A stretch of DNA of 64,000 nt, from the NCBI RefSeq assembly GCF_006345805.1, contig NC_043006.1, positions 55,304,001-55,368,000 of the forward strand, in the 5' to 3' direction. Positions 28,552 to 40,295 of the stretch are shown here, in pieces. The stretch is from Octopus sinensis (Eukaryota). The notes under the pieces were generated by a model. It saw only the letters and a program-made list of their open reading frames with translations, was not told the origin of the DNA and ran no database searches. The position numbers and the translations under genes were made by a program. Each line of letters begins with the position of its first letter. Positions within the stretch are counted from its first letter, which is position 1.

Positions 28552-28899
28552 AATAATAATAATATTAATAATAATAAATTTCAAGTTTGCTTCCTGATGG
28601 AGTTTCTACATGAGTAGTTCATCCTGCTAAAATAGAAATTGAAAAATCTCTTTTACAAAAGGCATAAACAGGAATAGTGTGGGTTGTGATGTGCTATTCC
28701 TGAAAAGCAAAATGGGATGATACCAGTAGCTTTTAGAAACATTGTAAGGACTCCCATAGCACATAGATTATAATTGGGCTCTTAGTCCCGTGAGGACCCG
28801 AGGTAACTGCCTAGTGTGCCCATACCTGAAGACGACACTGACTGAAGGAGAGTTATGAAGAGAGCTAATACAATTTAGTAATATATTATTTATATACAG

Positions 28900-29112
28900 A
28901 AGGCGGCAAGCTGGCAGAATCGTTAGCACGCCTGACAAAATGCTTATCAGCATTTTGTCCGTCTTAACGTTCTGAGTTCAAATTCCGCCGAGGACTACTT
29001 TGCCTTTCATTATTTCGACGTCGATAAATAAGTATCAATTGAACCCTGAGGATTTATGTAATCGACTTATCCCTCCCCAGTAATTGCTGGCCTTGAGCCA
29101 AAATTTGAGACC
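28900..29112 (+). mobile_element. tRNA-derived SINE (family 1)
   Basis: AAGGCGGCAAGCTGGCAGAATCGTTAGCACGCC head and GAGTTCAAATTCC B-box. Confidence 0.85.
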
Positions 29113-29519
29113 AACATATTATTTATATACAAAGCAGTGATACAAAGCGGAAAATAGAACTCAAAACATAAGTACTGTATTTGAAATCATAAAAGAGGCA
29201 AAGGTATATTAGATACACCCCAATTTCAGCAGCGAATATTCCAGAAAATGTTTGTTTAGAACATTAAAGCATATAATATATAAATTAGAATCTTTAGCAC
29301 ACCGGGCAAAATGCTTAGCGACATTTCGTCCGTCTTTAAGTTCTAAGTTCAAATTCCGCCGAGGTCGAGTTTGCTGTTCATCTTTTCGGGGTCGTAAATA
29401 TTGGCTTGTTACTTAAATATTAGAATGTTAAGTATATAACAACAGAGTGTAGCATCGTTGTATGCTCCAATTTTGCCTTTCATCTTTTTAAATATCCAAA
29501 CCGAATGAATAAAATTTTG

Positions 29520-29930
29520 GCTTGTTAAAGCTATAATGTGCTCACTCTGTCATAGGTTTTCCTGTCTTGTGGTATGTCTTCTCACTTCTGTTCTGAAATC
29601 TCGCTGTTTCCAGGCGATTCTTGAGCCGCTTTCTGGGTTTATGTTGAGTACCATGTCACAGTTCGTCATACCACATTTGCTTGGGAATTCTGCTGTTATC
29701 AAGACACACAACATGACCAACTCAGCCCATACGGTGATGGTGGGTGTGGGTATCAATACTCACTGCATTTGCTCTCTCTAAAGCCTCCGTATTAGGACTA
29801 TAAGTCATATAGATGACACCCAGAGTGTTTCTCGAACACTGCTGTGAAAAGAACTCAAGTATTTTTAAGTGATGTCGGTACACCACTCTTATTTCACCCT
29901 TACTGGTATTTTTCAAGCCTCCCTGGGGCC
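29520..29930 (-). mobile_element. RTE-clade LINE 3' remnant
   Basis: RHHLKILEFFSQQCSRNTLG...PNTEALERA...VGHVVCLDNSRIPKQMWYDEL matches the RTE RT C-terminal pattern. Confidence 0.75.
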
Positions 29931-29967
29931 AGACACGATTCTCCAGAGCGGCAAAGTATCAGTGGCG

Positions 29968-30030
29968 GACTTTGGCTGATGAGAAATCACGCGTCTAGGT
30001 GGCGCTAAATTTCGAAACCGGTACCGAGTT
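29968..30030 (+). ncRNA. Minimal type-I hammerhead ribozyme motif (Penelope pLTR type)
   Basis: CTGATGA 29976-82; stem II GAAAT/ATTTC with inner GCGTC/GGCGC; GAAA 30014-17; palindromic stem III ACCGGT; predicted cleavage after GTA (30023); imperfect stem I TTTGG/CCGAG. Confidence 0.72.
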
Positions 30031-30222
30031 GACCAGCATTTACTTGTTCTGACCCATTTAAGGTAAGACATTATTATTGCTCACTGATATATTTTCCTAT
30101 CTTGTCTGTAATAGATTTGTGAATTTTCGGTGGTACAGAAGTATTTTCTGACTTCTATAATTAGCGATATAGGTACTCATGTAGTAACCTTACGTATATA
30201 TGTACATATCTAATATTGTATG

Positions 30223-30270
<48 letters not shown>

Positions 30271-30275
30271 GTATG

Positions 30276-30317
<42 letters not shown>

Positions 30318-30328
30318 AATATTGTATG

Positions 30329-30378
<50 letters not shown>

Positions 30379-30519
30379 GTGTGTGTGTATGTGTGTGTGT
30401 ATGTGTGTGTGTATGTGTGTATGTGTGTGTGTGTGTGCATTTGATTTAAAAGAACGATATTATAGAATAACTGAACACTTCTATGATAAACATTTATGCA
30501 TATTTAATAAAGGTTCATA

Positions 30520-30670
30520 GAAAATATAACACAAGCTGACTGTTTGAAGCACCATTATAAATATGTTATCGAATATTTCGATGAAGCAGATGGCCTGATT
30601 ATGTCTGCTTGGAGAAAGACAGCAGTTGGCCGCAGACAATGGCGCAGGGCTATAAAGAAAGAAATATAGA
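30520..30670 (+). mobile_element. Short RTE C-terminal remnant
   Basis: KHHYKYVI...SAWRKTAVGRRQWRRAIKKEI resembles the RTE KRYKD..W...A.DR..WR.AI end. Confidence 0.35.
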
Positions 30671-30692
30671 GTTGAATTAGATAAAGAAGAAC

Positions 30693-30752
<60 letters not shown>

Positions 30753-30821
30753 CGAGCGAGCGGGAGAGAGAAAATAGCGAAATAAAGCCGCAACGCCATA
30801 TCTGAAATGCAAATGACATAC

Positions 30822-30934
30822 TTTTTTGGGATTAAGAACAACAGATAAAGAAAATTCTGATGCACCCATACCAGCTGCAAAAGGCACGCCATCAATTACA
30901 GTTTGTAAAGCAATATAAGCTAGAATACTCTTAA
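30822..30934 (-). CDS. Candidate 113-nt internal coding exon, product unidentified
   Basis: Acceptor ttgactttgcaaacag, donor AAA|gtatgt. Only one frame is open (KSILAYIALQTVIDGVPFAAGMGASEFSLSVVLNPKK), third codon positions are A/T-rich, and no TE motif was recognised. Confidence 0.55.
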
Positions 30935-31071
30935 CTGTTTGCAAAGTCAATAATGATGTTATATAAAGCATAGTCGTTGCACTACATCAATGTATTTTTT
31001 TAACAACCACGCTGCCTTCTGTATTAGATTATGTCGTGGTCATAAGTTTGTCTTCATATATGTATATGTAT

Positions 31072-31122
<51 letters not shown>

Positions 31123-31289
31123 TATAATATATATATATTATATATATATATATAATAAGAGTAAATAATTTCTATAAAGGCCTTTAAAAAAACCCAATTA
31201 TTTACTGGTAGAATTCGGTATGTAAATATAGCCGATTACCGGCAGGAACTTCTGTAAAGTTCAGTATATATATTTCTGTAAAGTTCAGC

Positions 31290-31320
<31 letters not shown>

Positions 31321-31477
31321 CTATATATATATATATTATATATATATATATATTTGTATATATAACATATTACTCTTCTTTTTCTTTATTTCCCTGTGTG
31401 TATGTGTGTGTGTGGTATATATATATATATACATATATATGTATACACACACACACACGCATATATATATATATATA

Positions 31478-31527
<50 letters not shown>

Positions 31528-32323
31528 TATGCGTGTGTCTTTTACGTTATTTGTGATAATTTTTCTCCTTTAGGCCATACTTATTTTCCAGAACTTGCTT
31601 AATTACAGTTTATTCAACAAAATTTCAATACCAAAATTCTTAAAACCGGAAATCTATGTTCGCAATCGTAATAGCAGCACTACTGTTAAAGAATAGTTGC
31701 ACTTGATTGATACTAATACAGATACAACTGGCAATATTTGATTATATCGGTGAATGCTGTCGAACTGTTGAGGCTACTGTACAATTAACCCAAGAACGAA
31801 GTATTTGAAAGACGTCTACGTGCTACCAGAAGAAACTCCCTGATGAACCTTTGGGTGAATATCTACAATATCAACAATGCTTTAAGTAACTTGATAAAGA
31901 TTGCAATTATACAACTATACAACAAATAAAGCCAATAGAAAAGAAGCAGTTGGAGATGTCTTTATTAATGTAATTCAAGATAATTACATGATACTGCTGT
32001 CACTGGAAAACTACGTACCAAATGCAGGATACCATTAACAAAGCAAACGTGCTGGATATAGCTCAAAAGAATTCTGAGCGATATAATAATTCCACAATCC
32101 TTTCAAATGTTTGAATGTGGCTATAATAGAGACGATAATAATAGTTTGATTGATTGCAGTGCCATTAATTCGTATTGTAAAAATACATTGATTATGACTA
32201 ATAATATATTTTGTTAGTATTATTGACACTGCCAAAGAGGTTATTTGCGGCAAATATGGCAAGGAAGAGCAGCTCTGTGTATATTGAAAAAATCTTCTGA
32301 TAAGCTAACAACGGTTAAACGCT

Positions 32324-33042
32324 AGTTCTCTATTAGCAACAACACACTTGTCTATTTTTAATAGTTTTAATAAACATATTTCCTAATGGACATGTAAATC
32401 TCTTGTAAATAGCAGATCTACCGACAGCTTTACATGTCTAAGAGAAAAGGAGATCGATATATTATCTATATTTTTCTGCTGTGGTTCGAAAGGCCATTTA
32501 TAAAACGCCAGAACATTTTCGTTACTGTTGCTTGACTTTACAAATAAACGGACAAAATTATTTTTATACTTGCTTATCTGTTAAAAAAAAATGGCTACAG
32601 ATGTTATATTAGGTGAAAATTTCATAACGCTTCACGACTATAATACTCTTAAATATGGTAGAAATAAACCTGTTGGACTCTTAAAAACACTAACGTATGT
32701 TTTACATCTTTATTTAATTATGTAACTTTTGATAGTCACCCAATAACTACTTTATTTAGGCGGCATTCTTTCGATGAATATAATTTTATTCAAAGTAGAA
32801 CAAGATAAATCTCTTTTCTCACTACATGTTTTTACGTTTTATAAATGGCTTTTCTAACCATAGCAGAAAAAAAATATAGATAAAACGTAGATCTCCTTTT
32901 CTCTCAGACATGTAAAGCTGCCAGCAGATCTGCTATTTAAAAGAGATTTGCACTTGTGTACATTCAGTAATGTAACCCTAACCCTAACCCTAACCCTAAA
33001 ACTATTAAAAATAGTCTATTGTGTTGTTGCTAATAGAGAACT
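32324..33042. mobile_element. Foldback/MITE with ~190-220-bp TIRs; (CCCTAA)4 in one arm
   Basis: AGTTCTCTATTAGCAACAACACA... matches the reverse complement of ...TGTGTTGTTGCTAATAGAGAACT. Arm homology extends to about 32516 and 32824. Confidence 0.85.
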
Positions 33043-33084
33043 GTAACAAAATTTCCTCTTGAAGAAGACAGATTTTAGTTAAAA

Positions 33085-33300
33085 TAGGTAATAATTTAGG
33101 CTCAAAGTCAGTAATTTTGAAGGAAAGAGATTAGTCGACAGAATCGGCCCCAGTACATGAATGGTACTTTATTTTATGGATCCGGGCGAGATGAAAGACA
33201 AAGTTAATGCCGGAAGTATTTGAATTCAGAATGCGAAGAGCCAAAAGAATATTCGTAAGATATTTTCTAGAACGCTCTAATGATTGTGTCGGCTCGCTCG
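33085..33300 (-). mobile_element. Degenerate tRNA-derived SINE (family 1)
   Basis: Homologous to the other family 1 copies. Confidence 0.65.
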
Positions 33301-33319
33301 TCTTGTAACTAAAATAATC

Positions 33320-33800
33320 TTTTTATTCATGAAGATAATATGGACGCCGCTCGGGCTGGAAAGACTGACCGTTATGTAAACCTCCTCGAGGAATGTGAAG
33401 ACGCAGGCTGGAAAGCAGAGCATTTTCCAATCGAAGTCGGATGTCGAGGGTTTGTTGGACACAGTGTGAGACGACTGTTGTTATCGTTAGGCCTAACTCA
33501 TCGTAAAGTCAATACCACCATGACCGATATCCAAACTACAGTGGAGAAGGCTAATCACTGGATTTGGTTAAAAAGAGACGATGAGCGATGGCTAGAAGGA
33601 TATTGAACTTTATTTGATAACCAGTTGATTTAGCAAGCGGCGCCTCATATCAGTGAGGGGGCCGGTGCGCATTGATGCCGTCGAGAGGTAGGCCTCGAAA
33701 CGGCGCGCATTTTCTCCTGATGACCCCATACACTTGCTGGGTTCCGGTATGCGGAGTTTTTGACTGGTAGCATTTGCATGTGCAAGGTGTTTGCAAGACA
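33320..33800 (+). mobile_element. HERO/NeSL-like RLE retrotransposon 3' end
   Basis: ORF 33340-33606 (KTDRYVNLLEECEDAGWKAEHFPIEVGCRGFVGHS...VEKANHWIWLKR) fits the HERO-type C-terminal RLE pattern as I recall it. Confidence 0.78.
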
Positions 33801-35361
33801 TTTACAGACTATCAGTATATTTCCTCCCCAAGATGCATAACTTTTACCTCGGGTGGTTGATATTTATTTTATTGCGCGATATTCGGTTTGCGGTATTTTT
33901 GATTTGAAGAGTGCATATTATGAGATTCCGATAAAAGATACAGATAAAAAAAACAGCCTGCTTTAGAGGTTTGCAGAAAGTTATGCTAACAGTGTAGCTT
34001 CTACTTCGATCTGACTAATACTTTGCAATGTTTTCAACGACTTATTGACGATATCATCAATGGCAATCATTGTGTTGGATCTGTTGTGCATTTAAATAAT
34101 GTAAGAGGAAATTCACAGGAAGAACGAGACATTAATCTCAAAAGGATTTGAGCTGTAGCTAAAGATTGCGAGCTGACTTTTCAGGAAGATAAATGCACAT
34201 ACTCTACAAACAGACTTGCCTTACAAATACGATCGACTATCGGATAACACGTAAAACACCAATACGTAATCCCATCGTGTAAAAGGCACTTCTTGATTTA
34301 CCTAATCCTAAAATTTCTTAAGAACTTCAACAATTAATTGAAATATTTGCCTATTACGCGCTATGTATTATTCATTATATTGAGCACATACACATTTTGA
34401 TTCAATGTAAAGATTTCGCTTTAAATGATATCATTACTGAAGTTTTGGAACTACTGAAGAATATATTCTACCTCCTGTCACGTTGCAAACTGTAAGCGAT
34501 GGTATTCTTTTCACAGTTGAAACGGTTGCATCAACATATTCTGTATCAATTTATTCTCAAAATGAATAAACAAATAAATCAACCAATCAACCAGTTGCAT
34601 TCCAAACCAGAAATCTAAATTTCTCTTCGCTCGAAAAAAACAAAACAAACACATATCTTTATACAAACCCTGAGAAACTTCTACTTACAAGAATTCAATT
34701 CTCATTATGGAATAGTAAAGTTAAAAATGAAAATTATTTAAAAATAGTATGTAGAATTATCTCAATATTATTATGAGATTATATAGGGACTGTTCGAAAG
34801 CGTTTAGTTGAAATTTTTCTGCCACAATTTTAGAAGATAAATTGAAAAAGCTATATTAATATCATGGCGTAACACAAATTATTCATTTTATAAGAAGTAA
34901 AAATATGCCGTAATCCATCAATGAAATAAAGAGGACATCTTTGTGCTAGATATGCTCTCAACTAAAGCTGCTTTCTCATTCAGTCAAAGTAACGCAGCGC
35001 ATTAACTGATAAGTATTCACTTTAAAGGGCCTTAAGCTTCGGCCACTAAAATATTTATCTTTTAACAATTGTAGATGAATACTGAAGGCTCCTATTCCCT
35101 TTCACATGCATAAATACATCTCTTACTATTAAAAATTGTCTCTGTAAGGTGGTGAACAGGATGAATCGATATTGCATCGGAAAATATTACTGCCAACACT
35201 TTACATTTTGAGTTCAAATTCCAGCGAAGGCGACTTTGCCATTCATCCCGCCTCGTGCTATCGACTAGTCCCCTCCCCACAAAATTTCAGGCTTTGTATC
35301 AATAGTAGGAATAGTTATTGTCTCTGTCAGTTATTTTCCTATTTGAATCACCAACTTATGT

Positions 35362-35411
<50 letters not shown>

Positions 35412-35489
35412 GTAAAATATAGTTAAAGGTCATTGCATAGAGACCCAAACCATATATACGCGCACATATACATTTACACAAGTTAGTTC

Positions 35490-36190
35490 AGGTGTTGAGT
35501 TAAAAGTTTTGCAATATTTTGGTCATTAATTTGCTTTATTGTGGAGGCATATGGCCTAGTGGCTAGAGCAGCTTACTCGCGGTCGAGGGATCGCGGGTTC
35601 GAATCTCAGACCGGGCGATGTGTGTTTACGAGCGAAAAACCTAAGCTCCACGCGGCTCCGGCAGAAGGTAATGGCGAACTTCTGCTGACTCTTTCGCTAT
35701 AACTTTCTCTCGCTCTTTCCTCATCTTTCTCTCGAGAAGGAACAAACAATTTGCTTTATTCGTCGTTACAACAAAAGCGGCCTAGCATTCTAGCTAAAGG
35801 CTATAGTGTTGCACTGTCTGAAGCCGTCTTTCTGCCAGTTCATTGATCTCACACTGATACCAGTTCTTGCGCTTCGAGGCAAAAACCTTCACTGAAGCTT
35901 CCACCTGTTGGTGAAACATGGATCGAAACAAATAATAATCCGAGGGAGCCAGGTCCAAATTATATGCTGGGGGTAGTATCAGTTCGATTCCCTCAAGTTC
36001 CTGGAGTTTACTCCAGGTCGTTCGAGTGGTATGAGGCCTTGCGTTTTCTTGATGTATAAGAGCTAGTTTTCTGTTAACCAATGTCGGTCATTTTTAACTG
36101 CACATTGGCATACATCCGCTGCCGTTCTGTTCGGGGTGCAGGTTATCATCGATGGTTTGAACGTGCAGGGCGAACTCATAGTGAATTATT
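35490..36190 (-). mobile_element. Mariner remnant interrupted by a SINE
   Basis: HQENARPHT and PAYNLDLAPSDYYLFRS in ORF 35794-36081; TIR-like end at 35490. Confidence 0.75.
35541..35747 (+). mobile_element. tRNA-derived SINE (family 3) with 13-bp TSD
   Basis: A-box TGGCCTAGTGG and B-box GGTTCGAATC. AATTTGCTTTATT is duplicated at 35528-40 and 35748-60. Confidence 0.9.
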
Positions 36191-36454
36191 TACTCTAACT
36201 CTCTTTTACTCTTTTACTTGTTTCAGTCATTTGACTGTAGCCATGCTGGAGCACCGCCTTTAGTCGAGCAAATCGACCCCAGGACTTATTCTTTGTAAGC
36301 CTAGTACTTATTCTATCGGTCTCTTTTGCCGAACCGCTAAGTTTCGGGGACGTAAACACACCAGCATCGGTTGTCAAGCGATGTTGGGGGGACAAACACA
36401 GACACACACACACACCACACACACACACACCACACACACACACACACCACACAC

Positions 36455-36523
<69 letters not shown>

Positions 36524-36695
36524 CATATATACGACGGGTTTCTTTCAGTTTCCGTCGACCAAATCCACTCACAAGGCTTTGGTCGGCCCGAGGCTATAGT
36601 AGAAGACACTTGCACAAGGTGCCACGCAGTGGGACTGAACCCGGAACCATGTGGTTGGTAAACAAGCTACTTACCACACAGCCACTCCTACGCTT
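36190..36695 (-). mobile_element. Full-length tRNA-derived SINE (family 2) with internal (TG)n
   Basis: Reverse complement of 42273-42696, including the (AAAGAGT)n-type tail. Confidence 0.9.
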
Positions 36696-36889
36696 ATTAT
36701 TTCCTCATAATTTCACCAGAAGCAGGGTATCTTCTTGTGTTCGAAATGCCCATGTTTTGCGACGACATGTTCCGGGAGCTGACCTTTGTTTAACTACTGC
36801 TTGTGCACGTTAGGATTGCAGAAAAATATCTCCCTCAGATTATTACTTGTTCCGATCAAAGACTCACTTCCTGCGCACGAGACGCTTTA

Positions 36890-37030
36890 TCAACTAACAG
36901 GAAGTGGAAGCTTCAGTGAAGGAGTTATTCGCCTCGAAGGACAAGATATGGGATCAGCATGGGATCAAAAAACTGCCAGAAAGATAGCTTCAGACGGTGC
37001 AACACACCGCCTCTATTTTTTAATGCTTAG
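36890..37030 (+). mobile_element. Mariner C-terminal fragment, inverted relative to 35800-35920
   Basis: QEVEASVKELFASKDK..QHGIKKLPER.LQTVQH. Confidence 0.7.
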
Positions 37031-37374
37031 ATGCTTTTGTTGTAACTTGACTAATTAAGCAAATAAACTATCAAAATATCACAAAACATTTGACTCAACA
37101 CAACAGATGCCCGCATTCGCATATACGGACGCACCCATTCATTTCCTCTTACGCACACACAAAGGTGTGTACATACACACACAAAGGTGTGTACATACAC
37201 ACACAAACAAACATATACTTTTAAATTTATGCACACACATAAATAAACATACATATGAGCATGTTTATACGTGTACCTATATATGTTTTTGGTGTGTATG
37301 TAATGACGTATAACTATGTGTGTGTGTATAAATATTAATATATATATATATATATGTATGTATATATAAATATA

Positions 37375-37605
37375 TATAGTTGGAATTTACAGAAAAAAAA
37401 GAAGACGAAGACAGGTGTATAAGCAACAAACAGGTGTATTAGTTTAACGCTCGGGAAAGTGAGAAAGTCTTTTACGCTTCAATCCTACGCTCTTCAACAG
37501 AAAGGAACACGAGTAAATAAACAGTGAGAGAATAAAAAAGCTTTAGCGGCCAGCGGTCAATCATGGCGGCTGGCTGATACATACATACATACATACATAC
37601 ATACA

Positions 37606-37637
<32 letters not shown>

Positions 37638-40295
37638 CATACATACATATACATATATATATACATACATACATACATACATGCATACGTACATACATAC
37701 ATATATACATACTTACATACATATATATATATATGTAGGTTGTGTGCGCTTTTTCGCGATACTCCACCTGCATCTAATGAGGAGGACTGCTTCCCCGACC
37801 TGGGTCGCCGACCAACCCAGTGGGTGCCAGCTCCTGGCCAGTTCCAGGCAGTCGATCTTTTTGCGGGTGCCTGCTAGCGTGCTGTGGACCGGTTTGACTT
37901 TTCCAAGCGTCCCCGAAATCTGAACATCTCTCCAGCCGAACTCTCGGCCCTTCGATGTCTCCGACACCGCACGGACATCATTATAAAACCGGCCGACAAG
38001 GGTGGAGCCATAGTGATGTGACGTGCGGACCTCTACAAGGCGGAAGCTCTCTGCCAACTTCTAGACACCTCCTACTACTGTCCTCTACCCTCCAACCCCA
38101 CACCCAGCTACCAACAGACTGTGTCCTCCACTATCCATGACCTCATCTCCTCCTCCCGTCTCCCCACCGCCTCTAACCTCATTGTCCGCACCCCTCGCAC
38201 TCCCACAATTTACTTCTTCCCCCAAATTCACAAACCTAACAATCCTGGCCGCCCCATGGTCTCCGCCTGCAACTGCCTCACCGAACTCATCTCCAGATAT
38301 CTTGACCATGTCCTTGTTCCCCTATTGGTTTCCCTCCCCTCTCACATTCAAGACACCAACCAAACTCTTCGTTTGTTCAACTCTCTCCTTCCCTCCTGGC
38401 CCCTCTAAACATCTCTTCACTCTTGACATCAAGAGTCTATACACGGTGATCCCTCACCACGAGGGGATGCGTGCACTCCAACATTTCCTTGATCTTCGAC
38501 CCAACCCCCAACCTGACATATTCACACTATATTGACGACTATATCGGTGCGACTTTACTCTCTCGCGAAGATCTAGACACTCTCTTCTCTTTTGTCTAAT
38601 ATTTCCATCCTGCCCTCCACTTCTGCACTATTTCCGACACCTCAGTCGCCTTTCTCGACATTTCGGTCAGCATTCATCACTCCACTCTCACCACCTCCAT
38701 CCACTACAAACACACAGACTCACACTCATACCTCAACTTCTCCTCCTCCCATCCTAAACATATCAAACTCTCCATCCCCTATTCCCAATTCCTCCATCTA
38801 CGAAGGCTCTGCAGTGACAACCATGACTTTGAGACTCAGTCTCAACTCATGGCTCGCCACTTCATCCTACGTGGATATCCCCTCACCACTATCCACACCG
38901 CCCTTGCCAGAGCACGTTCAATGGAGCGTGCATTTGCTCTCTCCTCCCGCACCCGCGCCGCCGTCACCCGTCTCTCGTTTCCCCTCACCCACAATCCACC
39001 ACCCTACCTCTCCAACGCACCATTCTTCGAGCCTTCCGGCGACTCCAGTCCAACCCCTCCGCTTCGCACATCTTCCCTAACCGACATCTCCTCTCCTTCA
39101 AACGAGCTCACAACCTACGGGACCTCTTGGTCCACAGCTTCTTTCCTAACCCAACCTCCCAACCCGGCTCGTTCCCCAACTCCCGCCCACGCTGACACAC
39201 TTGACCATACCTCTCCAAAACCACCCTCCTCACAGACACCCATCATCGACCCTATCATATCACCGACCCTTCACCCGCACTTCTAGCAAGGTCATCTACT
39301 GCATCTCCTGCTCTCTCTGTCCTTCTCTATACATCGGTCAAACGGGACGCCGCTTGGCTGACCGGTTCGCGGAACACCTCTGAGACATCTGACTCGTCAA
39401 TGACACCTCGGTCTCGCGCCATTTTCGCTCTACCGGTCACTCTTTACAACACCTGCCTGTGTTCGGATTGTTCTTGCACAGGGGCCATCCGGACTCCCGT
39501 CTGCCATGAGCAGGGATTGATTAATCTTCCCTCTTCGCTCCTTTGCGCCGCATGGGCTCAGCTCTCCTCCCCTCCCACATCTAACACTCCTCCTCTCTCC
39601 TCTCTTCCTCTCACACTTACTTCTCGCCCTCCTCTCCTCTCTTGCTCTGGCACCTACTTCCTCTCTTCACTCCAATCCACCTTCTCCCTTCCACCCTCTC
39701 CCTTCATCGTCACCCCCTCCACGTTACTCCATCCCTGCACATTCCAACCCCACCATCCTTATACATCCCATCTCACCCCATCCCATCCCTTAGACCCCAC
39801 CTTTGCTTCCACCACTCTCGCCTCCCCCACCCCAACACCACCACACCACACACCACCATACCACACCACATCACACCATCCCGCAGACACTAGCACTGAC
39901 CACTTCCCAGCACCTACACCATCATCCACACACCTACACATGCACACACGCAAACGTCAACGTCACCAGCCACCTTCCAGACGCACATACACGCTCTCAC
40001 ATGCACACGCGCGCGCACCTTCGTTTTGGGATCACCACTACTTTATTATCTCCCCTTCTTCCTAAATCTCCTGTGTGACCCCTCTGTCCGGCCTTCACCA
40101 TGATAGATCGCTAGCCACTAAACCTTTTTCTATTTTCTCTCCCTGTTTATTTCTGTGTTCCTTTCTGTCGAAGAGCGTAGGCTCGAAACGTAAAAGACCT
40201 TCTCACTTCCCAGGCGTTAAACTAATATATCTGTTTGTTGTTTACATGCCTTCCTTCGTCCTTTGTTTTTTTGTAAATGCTCACTATATATATAT
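37375..40295 (+). mobile_element. Penelope-like element (RT + C-terminal GIY-YIG) with inverted pLTRs
   Basis: IIIKPADKGGAIV, PQIHKPNNPGRPMVS, LFTLDIKSLYTVIPH, VIYCISCSLCPSLYIGQTGRRLADRFAEH, with frameshifts. 37375-37570 is the reverse complement of 40090-40295. Confidence 0.9.
40161..40196 (+). ncRNA. Hammerhead-like motif with non-canonical core (CUGUCGA-A)
   Basis: CTTT / CTGTCGAA / GAGC-GTAG-GCTC / GAAA-CGT-A / AAAG. Confidence 0.5.

Larger units (their letters stand above)
31650..34560 (+). mobile_element. Decayed Gypsy/Ty3 LTR retrotransposon internal region, interrupted by three insertions
   Basis: Gag-like segment (31730-32070), protease-like SLIDCSA (~32145), RT LDLKSAY.EIPI..DKKKTA (~33900), FQRLIDDII (~34030) and RNase H-like FTVET.AS (~34510), in canonical order. 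Confidence 0.75.

Noticed and set aside
30540-30650. Minus-strand polypyrimidine acceptor suggesting another exon
   Set aside because: The phase-compatible frame hits a stop after 16 codons with no good donor. The + strand reads as an RTE C-terminus.
30860-30910. TVIDGVPFAAGMGAS resembling a dsRNA-binding domain (ADAR/ADAD)
   Set aside because: The SKKxAK..AA helix does not follow, and the similarity is too short to name a gene.
32972-32997. True telomere or chromosome-fusion site
   Set aside because: Only four units, embedded in a TIR element arm.
35541-35620. tRNA gene
   Set aside because: A and B boxes are present, but there is no cloverleaf or acceptor stem. It continues into a SINE body with TSDs, and the same applies to the other SINE heads.
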